This document shows positions 14,898 through 23,365 of a DNA stretch of 56,751 bases, in pieces (position 1 is the first letter of the stretch; each line of letters opens with the position of its first letter). The DNA comes from a bacterium. GTDB lineage: Bacteria > Verrucomicrobiota > Kiritimatiellia > CAIVKH01. The DNA is taken from contig JAUIHQ010000001.1 of the NCBI GenBank assembly GCA_030432155.1, positions 1 to 56,751 on the forward strand, given 5' to 3'. A program made the position numbers and the translations under genes. The notes beneath the pieces are model-generated. The model was not told the DNA's origin, made no database searches, and saw only the letters and a list, made by a program, of their open reading frames with translations.

Positions 14898-17866
14898 TCG
14901 CGGCTGCGATCCTCGCCGATCCGTTGCATCGCCCCCTCCCCACCTATACCGCGGACGATGCGGAGCGGGCCTTGAGGGCCGACGGCATCGGCTGCCGCCG
15001 GATCACGTTGGAGGATCTCGGAACGCTGAGCGCCGAAACCTATTCCGCCCTGGTCATGCCGTACGTTGACGGTCCGTGGAGCCGAACCGAGCTCGATCAA
15101 CTGCAGCGGTACCACGCCGCGGGCGGCGGTCTCGTATTCCTTGGGGATACGCCCCATTTCGGACGATCGTACCCCTATCGGCATTCCTTTGCCCCCCAGC
15201 TTCGGATGACCCGTTGCCATGACCGGCTGACCCTGCACGGCCTGACCGATACCGGGCAGGACCTGCTGGGCGAGCTTCCGGATCTCGAAACGTTGCTCGG
15301 CATCGACATGCCCTGTGTCCGGACGTCGGCCTTTCCCCCCGATGAGTGCATCGACCTGGTATCTGCGTCCGGGGGATTCAAGGCGCTGAGCCCGGTGGTG
15401 CTGATCATCCGTCGCGACCCGGGGTTTCTCGGCGCCCGGGTGGCGGTGGCGGGTTTTGACGGCGGGGAGCCCCGGGAGAACATTCTCGGGGTGTGCGATC
15501 GGCCCTGGCGGTTTGATCCGGGATTGTTGAATCGCGATTGGGCCGGGGCGGATATCCTGGTCGCACGGCTTGTGCGGGCGGTGCAGCCCACCCGGATCGC
15601 AGCCGCAATCGAGGGACCGCCGGTGTCCGATGCCGGGTGTCCGGTGCGGGTAAAGCTGCGGGTCCGCAATCTGACCGGGGAAAGACAACGTGTCCGGACC
15701 TGCCTGAATGCTCCCGGGCCAGGTACACTGCTGGAGACGGATGCCATCGTCGAGGCGGGACAGCACATCGTGGCCGGGGAAGCCATGGTCACCTGTGCCC
15801 CCGGACCGGACCGGTGGTACGGTTCGGTCTCCACCTCCGAAGGCGTCACCACCGATGCAGTCAGCCGCGAGCTGTTCACCGGCCTCCCGCCGCCCCCGCA
15901 GGCGTTGGGCTTTTCGACCTACCGGGCGTTCGGCGAAGCCGGTGTGGATGATGCGTTCCGGACATTCATGCGGGAAACCGCGGTTCATGGCATGCAATAT
16001 GTCCGCATGTCCCTGGCGTGGGAAGACCTGGAACCGGAACCGGGCCGGTACGTATGGGATGTGCCCGACCGCCTGCTGGAGCTGACCGATGCATGCGGTC
16101 TCGCCGCGATGTTCTGGATGTTTCCCACCGCCCGCGGCTCGGGGCTCAGCGATGCCGGCATCCCGGCGTGGACGCTCCGCGAACCGGCCATCGACCGCGA
16201 CGGACGCCCGGGGAACTTCCCCTGTATCTGGAGCCCCTACTACCGCGAACGATACTTCGCCCTGTTGAACGAGCTGTGTCAGCGGTACGGTCGTGACGAC
16301 CGGCTCGCACGGTTCGTGTTTGATTTCGGCAATTCCGACTTCGCCTACACCTATCACTATTACGGCGACCGTCGGGATCTGTTTGACTATTCTCCCCACG
16401 AGCAGAGGGCATTTGCATCGTGGCTGGCCGGCTGCAACGTACCGCTGGACGAACTCGAACGCCGGTGGGGCCGGCCATTCGCAGACTACCGGGAGGTGCC
16501 TGTCCCCTACGCCGAGCAAACCGAGGCGTGGCTGCTCTACGAAGAGTTCAGGACGTGGGGGGTGCACCAGGGGATCAAGGAGGCGGCGGCGGTCATCGCC
16601 TCGCACTGCCCGGACAAGGCGCCGCCGGATTTTCCCGGGCACGGCCTGGGTTCGATCGCAGACCTGATCACGTACGTCTATGACGCAACCGCCAGGCACT
16701 GGAACGAGATCGGCGAACGGCCGGAGCACCTGACTGAGCTGCACAATGCCGGGGCGGAATGGGGCGGCGAAGCCTGGCAGGTCGGCGCAAAGTATATCGA
16801 CTACGACGAAGCTCTGTTCCAATCGGTCCGCCTCGGGGCGGCGTATTTCACCATTCCCGGACCCGACCTCGGCATCTGGGGCGAAGACCTCGGCCGAACG
16901 GCGATGATCCGCCGCACTCTCGCGGGATCGACCCGCGAGACACCGAGGATCGCCATCCTCGACCACATGGCATGGAATGACTGGACGAGCCTCGCCCAGG
17001 TCGGCAGCCGACTCGACCAGCCGGTCGATCTGATCGGCGCAACCTGCCGGTACAGGTATACCGGATACGACCTGCTGACCCTGCCGGCCCATGACGTGGC
17101 TGCGCACGACGGCCGCCGACGGTCCATTCTTCCCAGCGACTGCTCGTTTTATGAGGAGCTGCTGGATGCAGTGAACAGAGGGCTGAAGGTTCTGGTGTAT
17201 CCGGAAACCGGACGGGGGGATCCATCAAACCCGTTCCGGGAGGTTTGCGGCCTGACCGGGGTGGACTATGGCCCGCGCACCATCCGCACGATATCCTTCC
17301 CTGCATCCTGGGGCGGCGGCCTTGCCCGCGGCTACGCCCGGACGGTGAAGGCGTCCGCAGATGATGCCGCCTGGCTCACCGACAGTAACGGCGAGCCGGT
17401 GGCCGTGTTCTGTTCCCATGGGCAGGGCGGGTTTCTCCTCGTCGGTCATGACCAGGGCCGCGACTCCCTGGATGGCGATATCCGGTACGATCGTGATGCC
17501 GGCCTCGCCGGTCACACCCTGGCCAGGCTGCTCTGTCACCTTGATATCCAGCCCGGACGCATCCGGACCGGGCAAGCCTGCTGCTGGAAGGAATACATCG
17601 ACAGTCCGGCCGGCCCCTGCGTGCTGCTCTACAGCCATCGCGAATCCGAATCGCCGCTCGACCTTCAGATCCGATCCGATGGCCGCAGCGCCCATGCATG
17701 GGACCTTGCGACCGGTCACCGGTACGCCCTGGAGCCCGGCGAGGACCCCTCGCACCGGATTCTCCGCCTTACCCTTTCACCCCGGCGGGGGTACTACCTC
17801 CTGCTGGATCCGCCTGACCCGGCGCCACATCCGAACAGAACGAAGAAGGAGACATGCCATGCATAA
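14894..17866 (+). CDS. cytoplasmic clan GH-A (GH42/GH35-like) glycoside hydrolase domain protein
   Basis: The track ORF starts at 14588, inside the previous gene. The ATG at 14894 forms an ATGA overlap with the phosphatase stop. The central region VRMSLAWEDLEPEPGRYVWDVPDRLLEL resembles the GH42 TIM-barrel N-terminal motif. No signal peptide. Confidence 0.5.
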   Translation: MIAAAILADPLHRPLPTYTADDAERALRADGIGCRRITLEDLGTLSAETYSALVMPYVDGPWSRTELDQLQRYHAAGGGLVFLGDTPHFGRSYPYRHSFAPQLRMTRCHDRLTLHGLTDTGQDLLGELPDLETLLGIDMPCVRTSAFPPDECIDLVSASGGFKALSPVVLIIRRDPGFLGARVAVAGFDGGEPRENILGVCDRPWRFDPGLLNRDWAGADILVARLVRAVQPTRIAAAIEGPPVSDAGCPVRVKLRVRNLTGERQRVRTCLNAPGPGTLLETDAIVEAGQHIVAGEAMVTCAPGPDRWYGSVSTSEGVTTDAVSRELFTGLPPPPQALGFSTYRAFGEAGVDDAFRTFMRETAVHGMQYVRMSLAWEDLEPEPGRYVWDVPDRLLELTDACGLAAMFWMFPTARGSGLSDAGIPAWTLREPAIDRDGRPGNFPCIWSPYYRERYFALLNELCQRYGRDDRLARFVFDFGNSDFAYTYHYYGDRRDLFDYSPHEQRAFASWLAGCNVPLDELERRWGRPFADYREVPVPYAEQTEAWLLYEEFRTWGVHQGIKEAAAVIASHCPDKAPPDFPGHGLGSIADLITYVYDATARHWNEIGERPEHLTELHNAGAEWGGEAWQVGAKYIDYDEALFQSVRLGAAYFTIPGPDLGIWGEDLGRTAMIRRTLAGSTRETPRIAILDHMAWNDWTSLAQVGSRLDQPVDLIGATCRYRYTGYDLLTLPAHDVAAHDGRRRSILPSDCSFYEELLDAVNRGLKVLVYPETGRGDPSNPFREVCGLTGVDYGPRTIRTISFPASWGGGLARGYARTVKASADDAAWLTDSNGEPVAVFCSHGQGGFLLVGHDQGRDSLDGDIRYDRDAGLAGHTLARLLCHLDIQPGRIRTGQACCWKEYIDSPAGPCVLLYSHRESESPLDLQIRSDGRSAHAWDLATGHRYALEPGEDPSHRILRLTLSPRRGYYLLLDPPDPAPHPNRTKKETCHA

Positions 17867-19043
17867 AACGATACGGAACCATATCCTCACCATCGCGTGC
17901 GCCTGCACCACCGCGGCCCTTTCCGCGCAGGCGATGACCTGGAACAGCGAGAACCAAGCCGATGCCGACACCCTGCTGCACTACACGTTCAACGGCACCG
18001 GGACCAACATCACGGACAACGGTCCGAACGGGTACGACAACAACATCTCCAACCTGGCAACCCGCGCGGGCGCGCCGGCCGACTGGCTGAATGTTCCGGC
18101 CGGAGATTATCTTGCCCAACGGAATCCGGCGGACGCCCTGAACATGTCGGCGAAGGTGAACATCACCAACATTGACTATAACAAGGGATTGACGATCAGC
18201 CTCTGGTACCGGGCCCTCGACGGCGCCGGGGTAACCAATGCCGGAGAGCTGTTCCGCTTCGAGGGTCCGGGCATTCTGCCCCGGGTCAGCCTCGTCACAG
18301 ACAACTTCGGTGCGACCGGACTCGGCCGTCTCCGGCTGACCGCCAACATCACCGGCACCAACCTTGTCGAGTTCGGCACCAACAGCATCTGGCGGCATTG
18401 TGCCGTCGTGTATGACCCCCTGGACGGCGACGCCTCCAACGGCGGGGAATGGCAGTTCTATCTCGACGGCGTGTCCTCCACCACGATCATACACACCAAC
18501 GACCTGACCGCCGTGACATCGGCCGAGTTCAAGGCCGGGGACAACATCTTCAACAACGCCCCCCTTCGAAACGGAGACCTGGACGAGGTGTTCATTCATA
18601 ACGGCATCATCACCGACTTCACCGACGGCTATGCCGGAACACCGGGGAATGATGACGATGCGGATGGCATCCCCAACGACTGGGAGACGCTATACTTCGG
18701 GTGCTCGACCTGCGCCACCGGCACGGATGATCCCGATCTCGACGGATCCATCACGTTTGATGAATACGTGTTCGACACCAATCCGACCAGTACCGCCTCA
18801 TTCTACAACAACCAGATGGTCACGATGACTGGCGCAGGTGTCGTATCCCTGACCGCCGGCCCCCCGACATCCACCGGGCGGATCTATGACGTGTATGTAT
18901 CCGACGAGCTGCAGGACGGATCACAGGCATGGAACCCGGTGGGACTGGATGTTGCCGGTCTCGGCGCCGGAACGCCGGTCGTGCTGACCGTCACCAACGA
19001 GGGGGCCGGACGGTTTTACCGCACCGGCGTCACGGTTCCGTAG
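17859..19043 (+). CDS. secreted LamG-domain protein with TSP3 pair and conserved C-terminal beta module
   Basis: The ATG at 17859 gives MHKTIRNHILTIACACTTAALSAQA (signal). LamG-like: GLTISLWYRALDG...WRHCAVVYDP...GDLDEVFIH. Asp loops: DDDADGIPNDWE and DDPDLDGSITFDEY. It ends ...GRFYRTGVTVP. Paralog of 24988..25959. Confidence 0.75.
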   Translation: MHKTIRNHILTIACACTTAALSAQAMTWNSENQADADTLLHYTFNGTGTNITDNGPNGYDNNISNLATRAGAPADWLNVPAGDYLAQRNPADALNMSAKVNITNIDYNKGLTISLWYRALDGAGVTNAGELFRFEGPGILPRVSLVTDNFGATGLGRLRLTANITGTNLVEFGTNSIWRHCAVVYDPLDGDASNGGEWQFYLDGVSSTTIIHTNDLTAVTSAEFKAGDNIFNNAPLRNGDLDEVFIHNGIITDFTDGYAGTPGNDDDADGIPNDWETLYFGCSTCATGTDDPDLDGSITFDEYVFDTNPTSTASFYNNQMVTMTGAGVVSLTAGPPTSTGRIYDVYVSDELQDGSQAWNPVGLDVAGLGAGTPVVLTVTNEGAGRFYRTGVTVP

Positions 19044-22000
19044 CATCCGGCAATAGCAGCCCGAACGCGGCCATGCTCCGGGCCTGCGGCACCACCGTGC
19101 CCTCGTTCATCACGATGGCGAAGTGCACATCCACATAGGTGTACAACGGTGCGAAATCCGGCCGGTACCGGGGATACGCGGTCTCCGCCACCCGGTAGCC
19201 TTCCGCACCCTGGTGAGGTCCCTGAACCTGCATGCCGGGGGCGACTTCGCCGGTGGGATTGTAGCGGCTGTTGTGAAGGGATCCCCTCACCGTACGCTCA
19301 CCCAGCCCGGTGATCCAACTGAGACCGAGCGGATTGGCGCCGAGGGTGTTATCGGCGGTCTTGATCATCCAGTAGAGGTAGGTCTCATCGCCGGTCAGGG
19401 TGTAGGCCCAGTGGATCGGGTCGAGCCAGCTCTGGTAGGCCCCGGTTCCCCAGGTGATCGGCGCCCAGGGATGGCGGATGAAGCCGTAGGCCATGGTGGA
19501 ACAGTACTGGATGAACTGATCGGCCCGGGCGAGAATGGCCTTCCGGATCCGCGCCTGCAGGTCCGGATCGACAACCTCCGCCGGACATTTCACATACGCC
19601 CACGCCGCGGCCCGTTGATCGTAGAGCCGATGCTTTTCCAGCTCCGCATCGGGTTGGGTGGACCACACAGCGGCCTCGGCAAAGGCCTCGCGATACCGGG
19701 CCTTGCCCGTCGTATGGAGCAGTTCCGCCGCGGCATACGCCTTGGGTGAGATGAAGAAGGTCGCGTATTTCGCGGGATCACCCAACTGCTCCGGGGGATG
19801 CTGCAACCCCCAGGCAAATGCCCGCTCCGCGCGGTCAAGGTATTCGGCCGCCCGGTCGGACATGCCGAGCGATTTCAGAATCCGCGCCGCCTGGGCGAAC
19901 GTTCCCGCAAATTCAAATGAGGCCCCGGCATCCTTGGCGAACGCGTAATCACCAAGGGTATCCAGCTCCACCGTCTGCATGAAGTTGGGATCGCCATTGG
20001 ACTCGGTGCCGCCCCGCACCCCGCCATCGTCCTCCTGGAGGCCGGTCCAGATACGCAGGGCCCAGCCCGCTTCATCGAGAATGTCGGGAATGCCGTTCCC
20101 CGCCTCGGGAATGTTGAGCTGGCCGTCATAAAACTTCCGCGGCGCCATCTCGTAGGCGTTCATGAGAATTTGCGCGACTTCAATGTGCGACCGGGGATTG
20201 TAGTCGCCGGCATCGTGATGGCCGCCATGCGCCTGAATGGCAATGGCCTTATCGCCCCAACGGGTAGCGAGAACGGCGATCTCGTCCATCGTCAACGGAC
20301 GACTGTAGACCCGGACATCGTCGAAATATTTGCCGCCGGCCTCGTCACCGGTCAGCGCCCCGACATGGAAGGTCGCGTCATCCAGTGGTTCGGTCCGGCC
20401 CGCGAGGGCGGTGTCGCGGACCTCGCCGTCCACGGTCATCGCAACCCTTGCCGGACCCTGCGCCTGCGGCGTGACAATCAGCGCGATATGATGCCATTTG
20501 CCGTCGGACAACCGGCCGATGTCCAGCGGATCATCCGTGCTTCCCACCGATGCCCGGATGACGCCCCAACCCGCAGTGACCTGGATCCGGCTGAGGTGGA
20601 CGTTGTTGCTCATGCTCCCGAACAGCGAGCCGGAGAACTTGATGCCGCCCTCCAGCTTCACCCAGGTACTCAGGGTAAAGCCGCGGGTCACATCGAGCGG
20701 CAGGTCGGGAACCAGGCCCCCGTTGGGCTGCGCGGTGGCGGTCGGGCCCAACGCGAGATTGTTCCCGGGAAGCAGCTCACGGACCCGCTCAAACGGCTGG
20801 CCTTCTCGCGCCGGTTGGAGGTCATATCCGTTCCCGGTCACATCCTTGAGGGACCCATCCATCGGCCAGTACGCGAGCAGAGCGGGGTCGCGGTTCAACG
20901 CCTGGATCGCGGGGTCGGGTTCGGCATCGGTCAACGCGCTGTAATCCACATACGCCGGCAATTCCTTGTGGGCAGCCCGCTCCCCTTCGACCCGCGACAT
21001 CGTGGTCGGTACGATTCCTTCGATGTGGCAGGCGATCCGGCGCCACGAGGAATAGGGAGGCCCAAGCTCGATGCCGCAACGCTGGGCAAAGACGCCGTAG
21101 GACTGGACATCAAACGCCTCCCGATACACATCCTCTCCCACGCGGAACGGATGGCTGCGGCCGACACCGGGAACGGTGATGAAATACTCACCCCCGGTAC
21201 GAAAATCCGAGAAGTCGAGCCGGTACACATTCTCGCCGGAGTGATCGACGTTGTGGACGCCCTCATTCATCGTGCCCGACCGGTGGATCAGCTCGGAACG
21301 GCCGGAGAACACAATGGCGCCGGTTGCCGCATCGCGGACATGAAACACCGGCGGTTCGCTCAGCATCAGCGCCGGCCCGATATTTTCCGCCACCACCGGC
21401 TCACCGCCGGCCAGGGCTTCCCGGAACATCGCGTCCATCGACTGACCGGCATGGACCGGGCGGCCGGTATCGGCCTCGGGAAACGATCCCATCCAGAGAC
21501 CGACGTACGCATGCTTCACCGGACCGCCGGCGAGATAGCCGACCTGGTTGACCTTGAGCGAAGGAGACCGGGTTTCCGCTTCGTGAAACGTGAACGACGC
21601 CTCCCTCAGGCCCGCACATGCGTCTTCGGCGATGCGGACCTGCACCCGGTCGCCGTCCGTCCACGCATGGCCGGTCTGCAGATACACACGGTGAGTCGGT
21701 ATGGCGGAGAACGGCCAGCCCACCGGGATATACGCATCCACCCAGGTCCGGCGACCCATCCGCAACACCTTCTCCGCCTGCCCGTTCACCGTCACCTCAC
21801 AAGCGCCCGCCTTCATCCCCAGCTCGGGTGAGAATCCCGGACCGAGATCCAGCTCGAGAATGCCGGCGCCAACCGGACGGATCGCCCGAAGGCCGGTCAC
21901 CGCGGCATCAATGCGAGGATCCCGCGGTTCCCCCTGCCCCTCTTCTCCATAGACGAACGACCCCGCGGTATGGGCTGCCGTCACCATCGTCCCCGCGACA

Positions 22001-22422
22001 CCCTGGGCCATGATGCTGTATCGCACACCCGGCCGCATGGGAAAAGGCAGGGTGAGGAGGACATCCTGACGCCGAAAGACATCCGGCCGGCTTCCCTTCA
22101 CCCCGGGGAACTCGACCTTTTCCTGCACCGCGGCCGCAGACGGGCGCACAAACCGGTCGTAGGCATACCGCTCATCCTCATCGCTGATCACCCGGTATGC
22201 AGCCGGATTTCCCGCCTCCCCGGTCACGCTGATGCCGATCCGCACGAGGACTTCGCGGTCCGCCAGCGGAACCGCCTCCCGCACGCCGTAGGTCCGGCGC
22301 ACCTCGATGCGGGGATCGGGAAGCGAACGGAAGCCTTCAAGGGTCATCGCGGACAGGCCGGAAACCGCGCCGATCGCGAACAACAGGAGGGGAACGATGC
22401 GAAGATACACAGGTGTTTTCAT
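19030..22422 (-). CDS. secreted GH9 family glycoside hydrolase with nested LamG domain
   Basis: The ATG at 22422 gives MKTPVYLRIVPLLLFAIGAVSGLSA. GH9-like motifs: FAQRCGIELG...CHIEG, HGGHHDAGDYNPRSH (DAGD), IPEAGNGIPDILDEAGWALRIW, ITGLGERTV..., VMNEG. A LamG-like block of ~210 aa lies between CH and DAGD. Confidence 0.75.
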   Translation of the reverse strand: MKTPVYLRIVPLLLFAIGAVSGLSAMTLEGFRSLPDPRIEVRRTYGVREAVPLADREVLVRIGISVTGEAGNPAAYRVISDEDERYAYDRFVRPSAAAVQEKVEFPGVKGSRPDVFRRQDVLLTLPFPMRPGVRYSIMAQGVAGTMVTAAHTAGSFVYGEEGQGEPRDPRIDAAVTGLRAIRPVGAGILELDLGPGFSPELGMKAGACEVTVNGQAEKVLRMGRRTWVDAYIPVGWPFSAIPTHRVYLQTGHAWTDGDRVQVRIAEDACAGLREASFTFHEAETRSPSLKVNQVGYLAGGPVKHAYVGLWMGSFPEADTGRPVHAGQSMDAMFREALAGGEPVVAENIGPALMLSEPPVFHVRDAATGAIVFSGRSELIHRSGTMNEGVHNVDHSGENVYRLDFSDFRTGGEYFITVPGVGRSHPFRVGEDVYREAFDVQSYGVFAQRCGIELGPPYSSWRRIACHIEGIVPTTMSRVEGERAAHKELPAYVDYSALTDAEPDPAIQALNRDPALLAYWPMDGSLKDVTGNGYDLQPAREGQPFERVRELLPGNNLALGPTATAQPNGGLVPDLPLDVTRGFTLSTWVKLEGGIKFSGSLFGSMSNNVHLSRIQVTAGWGVIRASVGSTDDPLDIGRLSDGKWHHIALIVTPQAQGPARVAMTVDGEVRDTALAGRTEPLDDATFHVGALTGDEAGGKYFDDVRVYSRPLTMDEIAVLATRWGDKAIAIQAHGGHHDAGDYNPRSHIEVAQILMNAYEMAPRKFYDGQLNIPEAGNGIPDILDEAGWALRIWTGLQEDDGGVRGGTESNGDPNFMQTVELDTLGDYAFAKDAGASFEFAGTFAQAARILKSLGMSDRAAEYLDRAERAFAWGLQHPPEQLGDPAKYATFFISPKAYAAAELLHTTGKARYREAFAEAAVWSTQPDAELEKHRLYDQRAAAWAYVKCPAEVVDPDLQARIRKAILARADQFIQYCSTMAYGFIRHPWAPITWGTGAYQSWLDPIHWAYTLTGDETYLYWMIKTADNTLGANPLGLSWITGLGERTVRGSLHNSRYNPTGEVAPGMQVQGPHQGAEGYRVAETAYPRYRPDFAPLYTYVDVHFAIVMNEGTVVPQARSMAAFGLLLPDATEP

Positions 22423-22460
22423 GGGCGACTCCCTGCCGCCATGCCGGCGGTCTGCAGTGA

Positions 22461-22489
22461 TTGACAATCCATGGCCTTCTGCATATAAT
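22461..22489 (+). promoter_or_regulatory. consensus sigma70-type promoter
   Basis: TTGACA (22461-22466), exactly 17 nt, TATAAT (22484-22489). It sits in the divergent region between the GH9 gene (-) and the pseudopilin operon (+). Confidence 0.5.
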
Positions 22490-22602
22490 ATAACATAAAC
22501 TAATTGTAAAGAAACCGTTTGAATCCGGACGACCTCATGCATGCGATCATGGCACACGGCAGGATGAGCGAGCGAGCCAACAACCTCCCCGCGGACAGGG
22601 GG

Positions 22603-23364
22603 ATGTCGAGAGCAGCGTTTACGCTGATCGAGCTGCTGGTGGTCATGGCCATCCTCGGCATCCTCGCCGGCCTGCTGATACCTGCCGTCACCTCGGTCCT
22701 GGACAAGGCCGCCTTCACGAAATGCAAGAGCAACATGCGGCAGATTGGAATCGCGCTTGCGGGATTTCAGTCGGATCATGACGGCCGGTTTCCGGTGACC
22801 AAGTTTGCGGAGTTTCGCGGCGGGGATTACGAGTTGTATACCCAGCTCGCGGACTATCTACCTTTCGGTACGGTGAAGAACAGCTCGGGGAATCCGACGG
22901 AATGGATCGACCCGGACTACACCTGCCCCCTTTACCGTAAACGCAACCGGTCCTATGCCCCGGACGGCCTGGCCTACGGCTCCTATGCATATCGGCATGC
23001 CTTTCAAGGGGACGGCAATCCGGGCAACGATGATCCGCCGACCGCCCGGGAAAGCCGCATCGGCGGGTGGACATCGGATGCTCTCCGCGGCGACCCATCG
23101 GCCGGTGCGTGGTCCATATACCGCTGGTCCCCCAGCCAATACGGGGTCATCTGGGACAACGGCTGGGACGATGCCACCCCGAATACCACCCCTCATGATT
23201 ACGATGGTATTCCGGCTCATGACGACCGGTTCAACGTCCTGATGGCCGACCTGCGCCAGCGCGACTTCCGCTGGGTGCATGAAAACGGCGTGATCCCCAA
23301 CGGATCCACGCCCAACGTACCGCCGGAATTGCGGGACGACCAGTATGGTATCGCGGCGCCCTGA
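22603..23364 (+). CDS. prepilin-type N-terminal cleavage/methylation domain protein, H-X9-DG-like (pseudopilin)
   Basis: AFTLIELLVVMAILGILAGLLIPAV is the classic type IV pilin-like N-terminus. The C-terminal HDDRFNVLMADL resembles the H-X9-DG motif. The start is ambiguous: the track gives TTG 22519, with ATGs at 22537, 22564 and 22603. Confidence 0.8.
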   Translation: MSRAAFTLIELLVVMAILGILAGLLIPAVTSVLDKAAFTKCKSNMRQIGIALAGFQSDHDGRFPVTKFAEFRGGDYELYTQLADYLPFGTVKNSSGNPTEWIDPDYTCPLYRKRNRSYAPDGLAYGSYAYRHAFQGDGNPGNDDPPTARESRIGGWTSDALRGDPSAGAWSIYRWSPSQYGVIWDNGWDDATPNTTPHDYDGIPAHDDRFNVLMADLRQRDFRWVHENGVIPNGSTPNVPPELRDDQYGIAAP

Positions 23365-23365
23365 C

